Below, piece by piece: positions 37,430 to 47,253 of a stretch of 64,000 nucleotides of DNA; position 1 is the first letter of the stretch, and each line of letters begins with the position of its first letter. This stretch comes from Bradymonadia bacterium (GTDB lineage: Bacteria; Myxococcota_A; Bradymonadia; UBA7976; UBA1532): positions 352,001-416,000 of the forward strand of contig JBKAGE010000036.1 in NCBI GenBank assembly GCA_046290225.1, given 5' to 3'. The position numbers were made by a program, and so were the translations under genes. Under the pieces are notes generated by a model. The model searched no databases and was not told where the DNA came from. It saw only the letters and a program-made list of their open reading frames with translations.

Positions 37430-40237
37430 ATCAGCAAGCCACTCGTCATTGTGGAGTCTCCGGCCAAGGCCAAGACCATCGGTAAGTACCTCGGTGACGG
37501 TTTCCACGTGGAAGCCTCCGTGGGTCACGTCCGTGATCTCCCCGAGACCGCTCGGGACATCCCCGAGTCCGTCAAGAAGGAGAAGTGGGCCCGGACCGGC
37601 GTCAACGTCGAGAAGGACTTCGACCCGCTCTATGTGCTCACGACCCGAGGTCGGGAGACCATCAAGAAGCTCAAGCCGCTGGTGAAGCAGGCCCCTGAGA
37701 TCTACCTCGCCACCGATGAAGATCGCGAAGGTGAGGCCATCGCCTGGCATCTGTTCGAGGTGCTCAAGCCCAAGGTGCCCGTGAAGCGGATGGTGTTCCA
37801 CGAGATCACCCCCCGGGCCATCAAGGCTGCCATGGCAGCCCCCCGCACCCTGGATATGCAACTCGTACGGGCCCAGGAGACGCGGCGCATCATCGACCGC
37901 CTCTTCGGATACAACGTGTCGCCCGTGCTCTGGCGCAAGGTGCGGCCCAAGCTCTCCGCGGGTCGGGTGCAGTCTGTCGCTGTGCGCCTCATCGTGGCCC
38001 GGGAGCGGGCCCGGCTGAAGTTCGTCGCCGCCAGCTGGTGGGATCTCGACGCGAAGTTCACCACGGACAAGGGCCCCTACCAGGGCACGCTCACCGAGCT
38101 CGGTGGCCAGCGCCTCGCTCAGGGCCGGGACTTCGACCCGGACACAGGCAAGCTCAAGAGCAGCGGCGACAACGCCCCCTTGATCCTCGACGAGGCCACG
38201 GCCACAGCCATCGCCAAGGCCCTCGAAGGTGTCACGGGCGCCGTGAGCGAGGTCACCCGCACCCCCTTCAAGGAGCGGCCCTCGCCCCCCTTCACCACCT
38301 CGACGCTTCAACAAGAGGCCAACCGCAAGCTGCGGTGGTCGGCGCGGCGCACCATGAATGCCGCGCAGAGGCTGTACGAGAACGGGTGGATCACCTACAT
38401 GCGTACGGACTCCACCCACTTGTCTCCCGAGGCCATCAACCTGGCCCGGAACACGATCACCAGTCGGTACGGCGCGCAGTTCCTGCCGCCGTCTCCGCGG
38501 TACTACAAGACCTCGGCCAAGGGTGCTCAGGAAGCACACGAGGCGATCCGCCCTGCAGGGGACACCATCAAGGATCCGAGTGCATGTGCTCGGGATCTCG
38601 GCGATGACGAGGCCCGGCTCTACAGCCTCATCGTCAAGCGCACGCTCGCCTGCCAGATGGCCGACGCCACCGGGGTGCGCATGACCCTCGACACCGAGGT
38701 GCCCACCCCCACCCACGGCGCGGCGCGGTTCCGCGCCACGGGCAAGAGCTACACCTTCCAGGGCTTCCGTCGGGCGTACATCGAGGGCAACGACGACGGC
38801 GCAGAGGGTGGCGAAGTCGACAGCAAGGGCGCCAGCAACGAGCGCCTGCTCCCCGACCTGAACGAGGGTGATGCCTCGACGGTGAGCAGCTCCGACGCCA
38901 AGGGTCACACCACTCAGCCCCCTTCCCGGCTCACCGACGCCTCTCTCGTGAAGGAGCTGGAGTCCCGGGGCATTGGCCGGCCGAGTACCTACGCCTCGAT
39001 CATCGAGACCATCGAGCGACGCAAGTACGTCTTCAAGCGCGGCACCGCCCTGATCCCCACCTGGACGGCCTTCGCGGTGACCAATCTGCTCGAGCAGCAC
39101 TTCGATCACCTCGTGAACTACCAGTTCACTGCGCAGCTTGAGAGCGGCCTCGACAACATCGCCGAGGGCGAGCGCGATCCAGTGGCGTACATGCGGGCCT
39201 TCTACGAGGGTGCCGGCGGTGAGGCCGCAGATCATAGCCGCGTAGGTCTCGTCGCTCTCATCGACAAGGCCCAGGAGGAGGCAGATCCTCGGGCGATTTG
39301 TTCGATCCCCATCGGCAACGTCGAAGGGGTAGACATCGTGGCCCGTGTGGGCCGCTACGGGCCCTTCATCGAGCACAATGGGGTCACCGTCTCGCTCCCT
39401 GACGATCTCGCCCCAGATGAGCTGACCATGGGCAAGGCCCAGGAGCTCATCCAGGCCGCCGCTGAGGGGCCGAGGGTGCTGGGTCAGGATCCGGCGACGG
39501 GCCTCAACGTCACCGTACAGATCGGTCGATTCGGCCACTATGTACAGCTCGGTGAGACCGAAGAAGGCAAGAAGACCAAGCCCAAGCGGGAGAGTCTGCT
39601 CAAGGGCATGGACCCCGCCACCATCGATCTCGAGACCGCGCTCAAGCTGCTGTCGCTCCCCCGAGAGCTGGGCAACGACAAAGAGGGCAACCCCATCCAC
39701 GCCCTCAACGGCCGCTACGGGGCCTACATCAAAGCCGGCAAGGAGTCCCGCAGCCTGCCTGACGGCGTCACCCCTCTCGACGTGACGTTGGAGCAGGCCC
39801 TCGAGCTGCTGGCCAAGCCCTCCGGGCGCCGGGCCGCAGCGGCGGTGCTGGCCGAGCTGGGTCAGGATCCAGAGGGCGCAGCCATCGTGGTGAAGAGCGG
39901 TCGCTATGGCCCCTATGTCACCGACGGCACGGTGAACGCCACGTTGCCCAAGGGCACTGATCCCGCAGCACTGTCCCTCGCGGACGCCCTGGCCCTCATC
40001 GAGAAGAAGCGCGCCTCGGCACCGGCCAAAAAGGGTCGCAGGAAGACTGCAGCGAAGAAGCCCGCCGCAAAGAAAGCACCCGCCAAGAAGCCCGCAGCCA
40101 AGAAGACGACTGCGAAGAAGACGACCGTGAAGAAGCCTGCAGCCAAGAAGACGGCGGCCAAAAAGCCTGCAGCGAAGAAGCCCGCTGCGAAGAAAGCACC
40201 CGCCAAGAAGCCCGCAGCCCCCGACGACGCTTCCTGA
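37430..40237 (+). CDS. topA: DNA topoisomerase I (type IA) with Toprim_C repeats and Lys/Ala-rich tail
   Basis: LVIVESPAKAKTI, ATDEDREGEAIAWH, SAGRVQS, ITYMRTDS, GIGRPSTY, GRYGPY repeats. Start placed at ATC 37430 after GAGGAG; the ORF track starts at GTG 37451 inside the conserved motif. Confidence 0.96.
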   Translation: MSKPLVIVESPAKAKTIGKYLGDGFHVEASVGHVRDLPETARDIPESVKKEKWARTGVNVEKDFDPLYVLTTRGRETIKKLKPLVKQAPEIYLATDEDREGEAIAWHLFEVLKPKVPVKRMVFHEITPRAIKAAMAAPRTLDMQLVRAQETRRIIDRLFGYNVSPVLWRKVRPKLSAGRVQSVAVRLIVARERARLKFVAASWWDLDAKFTTDKGPYQGTLTELGGQRLAQGRDFDPDTGKLKSSGDNAPLILDEATATAIAKALEGVTGAVSEVTRTPFKERPSPPFTTSTLQQEANRKLRWSARRTMNAAQRLYENGWITYMRTDSTHLSPEAINLARNTITSRYGAQFLPPSPRYYKTSAKGAQEAHEAIRPAGDTIKDPSACARDLGDDEARLYSLIVKRTLACQMADATGVRMTLDTEVPTPTHGAARFRATGKSYTFQGFRRAYIEGNDDGAEGGEVDSKGASNERLLPDLNEGDASTVSSSDAKGHTTQPPSRLTDASLVKELESRGIGRPSTYASIIETIERRKYVFKRGTALIPTWTAFAVTNLLEQHFDHLVNYQFTAQLESGLDNIAEGERDPVAYMRAFYEGAGGEAADHSRVGLVALIDKAQEEADPRAICSIPIGNVEGVDIVARVGRYGPFIEHNGVTVSLPDDLAPDELTMGKAQELIQAAAEGPRVLGQDPATGLNVTVQIGRFGHYVQLGETEEGKKTKPKRESLLKGMDPATIDLETALKLLSLPRELGNDKEGNPIHALNGRYGAYIKAGKESRSLPDGVTPLDVTLEQALELLAKPSGRRAAAAVLAELGQDPEGAAIVVKSGRYGPYVTDGTVNATLPKGTDPAALSLADALALIEKKRASAPAKKGRRKTAAKKPAAKKAPAKKPAAKKTTAKKTTVKKPAAKKTAAKKPAAKKPAAKKAPAKKPAAPDDAS
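40027..40218 (+). repeat. KKPAA/KKTTA pentapeptide repeats in the TopA tail
   Basis: Repeated AAGAAGCCCGCAGCC-like units. Confidence 0.85.
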
Positions 40238-40255
40238 GCCGGACGTGGCCCCACG

Positions 40256-41770
40256 TCAGGGGCCGTCTACAGCCTTCTCACCTGCATCAGGGGCCATGTC
40301 TGGCACCACCGGAGCTTCGAGCTCGACAGGCTCGGGCTTCGGTGCCAGCAACCTCAGCTCCGCCGCACCCCCAGCAACCCCTCGACTGTTCACAGCCATG
40401 ACCTGGACCGTGACATCCTGCCCTTCCGGGAGGTCGAGCGTGTAAGCAGGCTCGGGGCCTTCTTGCGCCACAGTGCCGTTCACCCTGATCTCGAAATGAT
40501 CAAAGTTCGGCGTGAACGTGCCCAAGATCAGCTTCAATTGTCCCTTCGAGGTGCTCTCGAAGGCCATCGTCACGCTGTTCACCGCCCAGTACATATCCGC
40601 GAGGCGGTCCGTGGCCACGACATCATTGAGCCGGGACCATTTCCCGGTCCCGTCGGTGGGCAGCGTCAGGGCGAGGCCTCGGCCAGGGTGGCCCATGGGG
40701 TACGTGTGGCTCAGGAAATCGCTGCGCATGGGGATGGCATAGGAGAAGTATTGCTCGATCCCCCGCTTGGTGGGGCTGCCGATGGCCCAGCGGTGTTTGA
40801 TCTCGTCGGTGGCCCCAGGACCCCAGCGCATCACCACCTGATCCACGGGCTCCAGATGCGCCCGGGTGAAGTCGAAGAACGTACGATGCTCGAGGTGGTA
40901 GGGCGCGTTGTGGGTACGGGTGTCTTCTTGATGCGTAGCCCAGAGGTGCTGGTCGTACGCCCACTTCACCTGACGGGCGAGCCAGGCCACCTCGTAGGTG
41001 CTCAGTGGCTGGCCGTTCACGGTGTAGATCATGTTGTAGTCAGTATCGACGAGGATCCACTTCTGGAAAGTCGGCGACCACACCTCAGCCACCCCATGGG
41101 TGGGCTGCTCACCAGATGAAGAGACTGCGATGAGCCGTGCCTGATGGCCCAGGGCCAGAGCGGACTGCACGAAGAGCAGGGAGTACGTGTGACAATAGAG
41201 CGTACCCCCGGCATCGACCATGTCGAGCAGCTCGAGAGCACCCTCTGCAGGGGAAGCATCAGGAAAGGCCTCAGTATGACCCGCGAGGCCACGAATCAAC
41301 CCGCTGAGCCGCAGGAAGTAGTCGAGCTCGTGCTCACCCGCTGCAGGCCGTTGCCCGATGCGCTCGGAGAGCTTGAGGCGAGCGTCGAGATCTCTAAGGC
41401 CCTCCTCGGCGAGGTCTTGATACAAAAACGGGTACCGGCTCACTTGCCGCGGCCCCTGCCGAAGGCTGGCGATCTGGTGGGGACTGCCAGCAGCCTCAAG
41501 CGCCTGCTTCAGCGTGTCGACGTCGACACGTTCGATGGCACCTTCTGGCAAGGGCGGTCCAAAGGCCTTCGGGCCATCGCTGCTCACCGCCCATTCCATC
41601 ACCGGACCGAGCAGTGTGCGGGCCGCGCGCCGTAAAGCACCAGGCTCGTGCTGGTTGAAGGTGTTGAGCAGGATCAGGAGCGCTGTGGTGCTCCCGAGGG
41701 CCGTCAGTGAGACGAGAAGAACGAGCAGCTTCCGCAGGCGGGATCTACGGGGAGAGGCAAGTGTGGTCAT
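40256..41770 (-). CDS. Membrane-anchored transglutaminase-like domain protein
   Basis: N-terminal TM. YCHTYS...ALGHQAR...HGVAEVW...KWILVDTD gives a Cys-His-Asp triad pattern. Confidence 0.78.
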   Translation of the reverse strand: MTTLASPRRSRLRKLLVLLVSLTALGSTTALLILLNTFNQHEPGALRRAARTLLGPVMEWAVSSDGPKAFGPPLPEGAIERVDVDTLKQALEAAGSPHQIASLRQGPRQVSRYPFLYQDLAEEGLRDLDARLKLSERIGQRPAAGEHELDYFLRLSGLIRGLAGHTEAFPDASPAEGALELLDMVDAGGTLYCHTYSLLFVQSALALGHQARLIAVSSSGEQPTHGVAEVWSPTFQKWILVDTDYNMIYTVNGQPLSTYEVAWLARQVKWAYDQHLWATHQEDTRTHNAPYHLEHRTFFDFTRAHLEPVDQVVMRWGPGATDEIKHRWAIGSPTKRGIEQYFSYAIPMRSDFLSHTYPMGHPGRGLALTLPTDGTGKWSRLNDVVATDRLADMYWAVNSVTMAFESTSKGQLKLILGTFTPNFDHFEIRVNGTVAQEGPEPAYTLDLPEGQDVTVQVMAVNSRGVAGGAAELRLLAPKPEPVELEAPVVPDMAPDAGEKAVDGP

Positions 41771-43857
41771 ATGTGTTCACAAACATAATCCAGACACACC
41801 TTGTACCACATCTTGATGTTCGCAGGCCGGTTTATCCAGTGCCCCTCGTCAGGGAAGATCATCAGCTCTGAGGGCACGCCTCGCCGCTGCAACGCTTCGA
41901 AGAGCATGATGCTCTCGCCGATGGGCACTCGATAGTCTTTCTCCCCGTGGGTGATCAGCGTCGGCGTCTTCCAGTGTTCGATGGCGGTGTGAGGCGAATA
42001 TGAGACCTCTGGACGCGCGCCGTCGGGCGCGCCGCCAATCTGCAAGGCGAACCAGCCCGGCTCGTCGGTCATGCCGCCAAATGCGCTGAAGCGATAGATG
42101 CCTGCATGGCTCACGAGGCAGCAGAACCGATCGGTGTGACCTCCGATCCAGTTGGCCATGTACCCGCCGAAGGATCCGCCGAGCACGGCGATCTTCTGGG
42201 GATCAACACCCTCGAGCGCCTCGGTGTGATCGGCCACGGCCATGACATCGGTGTAGCACGCCTCACCCCACGCATTGTGCCAGATGTCTTCGATGAAAGT
42301 CTGACCGTAACCCGTGGAGCCTCGGGGATTGGGCAACACCACAGTGCAGCCCGTGTGCAACGCGCCGATCAGCGCGTTCCACCGCCAGTGCCAGCCGTCG
42401 GCGTGGTGGGCGATGGGGCCCCCGTGAATCCAAATCATGGCGCCCCGACCCGTCTTGGGCACCTTGGGGCTGACCACCAGCATCTCCACGGGCGTTCCAC
42501 CCGCCCCAGAAGCATGATGGCGGGCCACTGTGATCTCTTCACCGATCGAAGGGTCGAAACCGCTCATCCGCGCCAACACCCGTGGGCTGCCACCAGCGAC
42601 GCAGATGAAAGGCTCTGGTGGTTGGATCAACGTCGAACGCACCCCGACGAGGGTGAGCACGTCAGTGCCAGGCAACAGCTCGATGCTGGTATGGCTGCCC
42701 CCGTGCTCCGATGAGATCAACCGTTCCGGTGCCCCATGCACGGGGATCTTGAAGGCTGTCACGGTGGCCTCGACGTCGGCAGTGACCAGCACCCCGTCAC
42801 CCTCTGGGCTCCAGCAGAGCAACTGAGGCCAGAGATCACAGGCCTCACCGAGGGGCACACCTTCTGAGTCGCTGCCATCGCTGGCGTATCGCCACAGGGT
42901 GGGCTTGCCTACAGCGTCGATGTGACGCTCATGACGCACAGTGGCGATAGAGCGGCCGTCAGGGCTGAAACACACGCCTACATGATCGACACGCTCTGAG
43001 TGCCCGACAATGCGCCACTCACATTCTGGCAGCGTGGCCAGGGCGATCGTGCGATCGCGTACGCCATCGGCTCCCCTGCGGTTCACAGTCACCGCGATCC
43101 GGGTGCCGTCGCGGGAAAGATCGTAATCCGCCTCTCTCAACGCATCAGCAGGCCATGGGCCTTCGATGATCTGACGCTGCTCTCCTTCTCCGTCGCACAC
43201 CACCAGCCGGCTCTCCGAAGCACCGAGCCAGTGATCCCAGAACCTCACTGTCATCTCGGTGTAGCGCAGTGCGCTGCTGCCGTGCTTCTGGCGTTCGCGC
43301 CATGTGGAATGCTGCTCACTCTCGGGCACACCAGGCAAATGGGGACACAACAACACCAGGTGCCCGCCACGGACGATGAAGCCCGACACCCCGAGGGGCT
43401 CGTGGGTCAACGGTCTGGGCTCTCCACCCTGGGCAGGCAACACCCACACTTGCTGTCGGGTGTCTTCTCCACTCTTGCCTTCTTTGAGATCGCGATTGCT
43501 GAGGAACAGCACTGCGCCATCAGCCCGAAAGCTGGGGCTGTGGTCACGGCTGCTGCCCCAGGTCAAGGGCACCGGGTCACCACCATTGATCTCCACCCGC
43601 CAGAGGTCGTGGGTGTATTTCCCCTTCTCCTGATCGAGGGTACTTACTTCGCACACCAACCACTGGCCATCCGGGGCCACTCGAGTCTTGCCGACTCGGG
43701 TGAGGGCGACGAAGTCGTCGATGGTGAATCTCGACTGCGGATCGCTCGCAGGTTCTACTGTCTTTCGATCTGCGGATGCCGCTTTTATGCCCACAATAAA
43801 TCCGTAGAGTGAGAGATGTACATGCAGGTGCGCACTTGTGCCTCCTGGTGCTGGCAC
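41767..43857 (-). CDS. S9-family (acylaminoacyl/prolyl oligo-) peptidase
   Basis: WIHGGP, NPRGSTGYG, GGSFGG nucleophile, HGEKDYRVP, FPDEGH. The true start is probably downstream of 43857. Confidence 0.92.
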   Translation of the reverse strand: MPAPGGTSAHLHVHLSLYGFIVGIKAASADRKTVEPASDPQSRFTIDDFVALTRVGKTRVAPDGQWLVCEVSTLDQEKGKYTHDLWRVEINGGDPVPLTWGSSRDHSPSFRADGAVLFLSNRDLKEGKSGEDTRQQVWVLPAQGGEPRPLTHEPLGVSGFIVRGGHLVLLCPHLPGVPESEQHSTWRERQKHGSSALRYTEMTVRFWDHWLGASESRLVVCDGEGEQRQIIEGPWPADALREADYDLSRDGTRIAVTVNRRGADGVRDRTIALATLPECEWRIVGHSERVDHVGVCFSPDGRSIATVRHERHIDAVGKPTLWRYASDGSDSEGVPLGEACDLWPQLLCWSPEGDGVLVTADVEATVTAFKIPVHGAPERLISSEHGGSHTSIELLPGTDVLTLVGVRSTLIQPPEPFICVAGGSPRVLARMSGFDPSIGEEITVARHHASGAGGTPVEMLVVSPKVPKTGRGAMIWIHGGPIAHHADGWHWRWNALIGALHTGCTVVLPNPRGSTGYGQTFIEDIWHNAWGEACYTDVMAVADHTEALEGVDPQKIAVLGGSFGGYMANWIGGHTDRFCCLVSHAGIYRFSAFGGMTDEPGWFALQIGGAPDGARPEVSYSPHTAIEHWKTPTLITHGEKDYRVPIGESIMLFEALQRRGVPSELMIFPDEGHWINRPANIKMWYKVCLDYVCEHI

Positions 43858-43908
43858 GTTATGGACTTCGTCCTCAGGAGTCCACTTGTATTCGGGAAGG
43901 TGTCGACC

Positions 43909-44451
43909 ATGTTGAGAGGCCTCCTTCTGCTCTACCTCGGTCTCGGCGTACTGGGGTGTGATGATTTAGGCGAAGACGACCCTCTTGCCGGGGGTGATCC
44001 GTGTATGGCCCGCGAGATGGTGGCCTGCGGCAACACCGAAGGTGAGATCAATGTGTCCCAGGGACAGCCCCTCGCAGGCTTTGTCGGCCGCCAGCCCTGG
44101 TTCTGGGTGCAAGGCCATGTGCAGTTGCTCGATACCGAAGACGATCCGGCGTTCATCGCCTATCTCTTCGACACGGAGTATGTTCCGTGTAACAACGACT
44201 TCCCCATGGGGGTGAGTCACATCCTTGCAGATCTGCCCCTGTCGACCGGGTCATATACACTCTCTGGTCAGCGAAACCTCACCTTCGTCACCTATGATGC
44301 CGAAGGTCAGCTGACAGGCAATGTCATGGCGCTGAGCGGCGATCTGATCATCGAGGAGATCACCTCGGAGCAGGTCACGGGAGCGCTCTACAGTCGCGCG
44401 AGCGATGGTCACGAGCTCAACGGCCGCTTCTCTCTGACGGTGTGCCCCTGA
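43909..44451 (+). CDS. Lipoprotein, unknown function
   Basis: Lipobox VLGC after ATG 43909. Confidence 0.7.
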   Translation: MLRGLLLLYLGLGVLGCDDLGEDDPLAGGDPCMAREMVACGNTEGEINVSQGQPLAGFVGRQPWFWVQGHVQLLDTEDDPAFIAYLFDTEYVPCNNDFPMGVSHILADLPLSTGSYTLSGQRNLTFVTYDAEGQLTGNVMALSGDLIIEEITSEQVTGALYSRASDGHELNGRFSLTVCP

Positions 44452-44484
44452 TCGGGGCAGGATGAAGGCTGGGAATCACTTGGA

Positions 44485-47232
44485 ATGATCACGCCCGACG
44501 CACTCTATGTTCGACGTCCAGCAGACTTTCAGCTGCCCAATGCCCTGGGCAAAGGCAGGCTGTGCGCAGTGGTGGGCCCCCGACAGGTGGGCAAGTCCAG
44601 CCTGCTGAGCCGCTCGATGCAGACACTGCAGAGCAAGGGTCGTCGATGTGCCTTCGTCGATCTCGGCAGCCTCGGACACTCGGAGACGTCTGAGCAAGAC
44701 TGGTTCTACGGATTGTTGCTCGAGGTGGCGGGGCAACTCTCTCCAGAGACACCGCAGCGAGGGGCCGAGCTGTGGGCCGCAAACGAAGGCCTGAGCCCGA
44801 TCCACCGCTGGACCAGAGCCCTCTGTGGTCCCTTGCTCGAAGGCGCTGAGGCTCCAGTCACTTTGTTCTTCGACAACCTCGACCCACAGCATCTACCGAC
44901 GACGGCCCTCGATGGCCTGCTGTCCTCGATTCACAGCGTCTACGACGCGCGCTTGCGCCAGCCTGCGCTGCGACAGTTGAGCGTGGCCATCGCTGGGCCG
45001 ACCTCGCCTCATCGCCTCGCCGCCACCGGGCACCCTGCCTTGCCTGAAGGGCTGGTGTTGTCCGTCGCCGACTTCACCGTGATGGACGCCCGTGAGCTCA
45101 AGGGCAGTCTCAGTGGCCTGGGTTTTGATCCCGAGAGCCTGCTCGATGCGATCATGGCCTGGACCGACGGCCACCCCAGCCTGACCATCAAGCTCTGCCG
45201 CGCTCTGCGCGAGGCACCTCCAGGCCTCGCAGCCTCGGCAGAAGAGTGGGTCGGTGAAGCCGTGCAGCGCACCTGCCTCGATGGCGGCCGAGAAGGCATT
45301 CCTGAGCTTGCAGAGGCCCGCCAGAGGCTGCTCGCCCCCCCTCACCCCCAACGTCGAGTGCAGGTCCTGCGGCAGCTGCTTCAGGGTGAGCCCCTGGTGT
45401 TCCAGAGCGGCGATGAGCCACAAGAGAGCCTGATCGAGGCCGGCCTGGTCAGTCAACGCCGCATCGGCGGCCAGCCTATGCTGGTGGTCCGCAACCGCAT
45501 CATCGCCACCTTGTGTGATCGTCCATGGCTCGACGGCCTCACACCAGGGGGTGTCGCTGTGGCTCGGTTCCCAGATGGGGAAGATGTCACCGATCCAAGC
45601 CTTGGTGAGGTATTCGACGGAACCGGCATCTCCGTCTTGCCTGCGACGGACACGCATGCAGAGCAGTCCGGCCCATCGACATCGACACCGCCACCTGCCC
45701 CGAGCGCGGCTTTTGACGGCCCCGGAGAAAACCAGGGCTCCGATCTCTTGCCACCGCCCACCCCAGCACCCTCTGATGCGCTGGACGATCTCTCGGTCGA
45801 GGGTGCGCTCGACGAGATCACCCCCGCGGTCGTGCCAGACACCCCCGAGGTGAGTGCCCTGGGCAGCGCTGCGGTCACGCCGCCCCAACCCATGGCGTCG
45901 GCCTCTCCAAGTGCGGATCCGCTCCAAAGCCCCGTGGGCTCATCCAGCCCTGCGGCCAGCCCACCGCCGAGCCCAGCCCTCGGCACGGCCCAACCACCCC
46001 CAAGCAGGCCATCGCCTGCGACGAAAGCGCCAGCCCCTGCCCGCTCCGAAGGTCGTAGCTGGTTGGGCTGGGCCGCAGCGGCGATCTTTGCCGGCGCGGT
46101 GGGGCTCGTGGCCTACACCCTGGGCAAGGGTCAGCAGGGTGACGAGGTGCAGCTCACTCAGCTGCGCACAGAAGTGGACGAAGCACGGGCACAGGCGCAG
46201 CAGGCCAAAGCCGAAATGAACGCCCTCCGCGATCAGGCGACGGCATCGGAAAATCAGGCACAGAACGCAGCCGAGGCTGCAGCCTCTCTCGAGCAGCTCA
46301 AGGCTCAGCTCGCCGCCGCACGAAACGCCCGAGATGCTCTGCTCGAAGAGCGCAACGCAGCCCGCGAGAAGGTCAAGGCCACCGAGCAGGCCTTGCAGGC
46401 AGCTCAAACGGCCCAGGGAGAGCTGACACACACCACTGAGCAGATTCAGAGCCAGCTCGCCGAAGCTCAGGCACAGGCCAAAGCCGCTCAGCGACGGGCC
46501 GTGGCCGCTCAGGCTGCACCTCAGACAGGGGCATCACCTGCGCAGATGTCCAAGCTGAAGGCAGAAGCTGACGCCGCACGGGCCGCCTCGAACAAGGCCC
46601 AAGCCCAGGCCAAGGCCCTCAACGCTCAGCTTCAGGCCGCTCAATCCGCTCAGGCAAAGGCGCAAGCCGAGGCCCTGAAGCGAGAGTCGGATCTCCAACG
46701 CGCCCTCGAAACTCAGAAGGCCGAGGCCGCACGCATTCAGGAAAAGCTGGCCAAAGCAGAGGCTGCCCTCGAAGGGCAGGCACCACGGACCGCCTCACGG
46801 CCCAAGCGCACAGTGCGGATCATCAAAACCAGCAATGCCACCGCCAGCCAGTCGCCCCCTGCCCCGAAGCCCAAGGCACCGGTCAACAACACGGTCTCTG
46901 ATGATGTGGCGCCTGTCGACACGGCCCCAGAGCCCACACCATCAGCGATCAAGGTCGTAGAGAAGGCGCCGGAGCCCGAAGCCCCCAAAGAGGAGGACTC
47001 TGCAAAGAAGGACACTGCAAAGGAGAACTCTGCAAAGAAGGATGTGGCTGAGCAGCCTCCTACAGCCCCAGAAGAGGCGGCGCCCGAGAAGGCACCTGTG
47101 GCCGAGGCACCCAAGCCCGCAGCCCCTGAGTCGGAGAGCCCGAAAACGGAGACGCCTCAGCCTGAAGCCAAGTCGGCGGCGCCTTCTGCAGATCTCAGCG
47201 GAGACGAGCTCGACTTCGAGTCGCCCTACTAG
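44485..47232 (+). CDS. AAA_35-like P-loop protein with Pro-rich linker, TM helix and long coiled coil
   Basis: LYVRRPAD, GPRQVGKSSL, WTDGHPSLTIKLC, VRNRI; TM WAAAAIFAGAVGLVAY; Ala/Gln coiled coil. Confidence 0.82.
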   Translation: MITPDALYVRRPADFQLPNALGKGRLCAVVGPRQVGKSSLLSRSMQTLQSKGRRCAFVDLGSLGHSETSEQDWFYGLLLEVAGQLSPETPQRGAELWAANEGLSPIHRWTRALCGPLLEGAEAPVTLFFDNLDPQHLPTTALDGLLSSIHSVYDARLRQPALRQLSVAIAGPTSPHRLAATGHPALPEGLVLSVADFTVMDARELKGSLSGLGFDPESLLDAIMAWTDGHPSLTIKLCRALREAPPGLAASAEEWVGEAVQRTCLDGGREGIPELAEARQRLLAPPHPQRRVQVLRQLLQGEPLVFQSGDEPQESLIEAGLVSQRRIGGQPMLVVRNRIIATLCDRPWLDGLTPGGVAVARFPDGEDVTDPSLGEVFDGTGISVLPATDTHAEQSGPSTSTPPPAPSAAFDGPGENQGSDLLPPPTPAPSDALDDLSVEGALDEITPAVVPDTPEVSALGSAAVTPPQPMASASPSADPLQSPVGSSSPAASPPPSPALGTAQPPPSRPSPATKAPAPARSEGRSWLGWAAAAIFAGAVGLVAYTLGKGQQGDEVQLTQLRTEVDEARAQAQQAKAEMNALRDQATASENQAQNAAEAAASLEQLKAQLAAARNARDALLEERNAAREKVKATEQALQAAQTAQGELTHTTEQIQSQLAEAQAQAKAAQRRAVAAQAAPQTGASPAQMSKLKAEADAARAASNKAQAQAKALNAQLQAAQSAQAKAQAEALKRESDLQRALETQKAEAARIQEKLAKAEAALEGQAPRTASRPKRTVRIIKTSNATASQSPPAPKPKAPVNNTVSDDVAPVDTAPEPTPSAIKVVEKAPEPEAPKEEDSAKKDTAKENSAKKDVAEQPPTAPEEAAPEKAPVAEAPKPAAPESESPKTETPQPEAKSAAPSADLSGDELDFESPY

Positions 47233-47253
47233 GCCCAGTCTGGGCCTGGAGGG

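Noticed and set aside
37400..39700. 766-aa minus-strand ORF
   Set aside because: Antisense shadow of topA. The same applies to 12502-14106, 24778-26004, 26218-27852 and 60520-62049.
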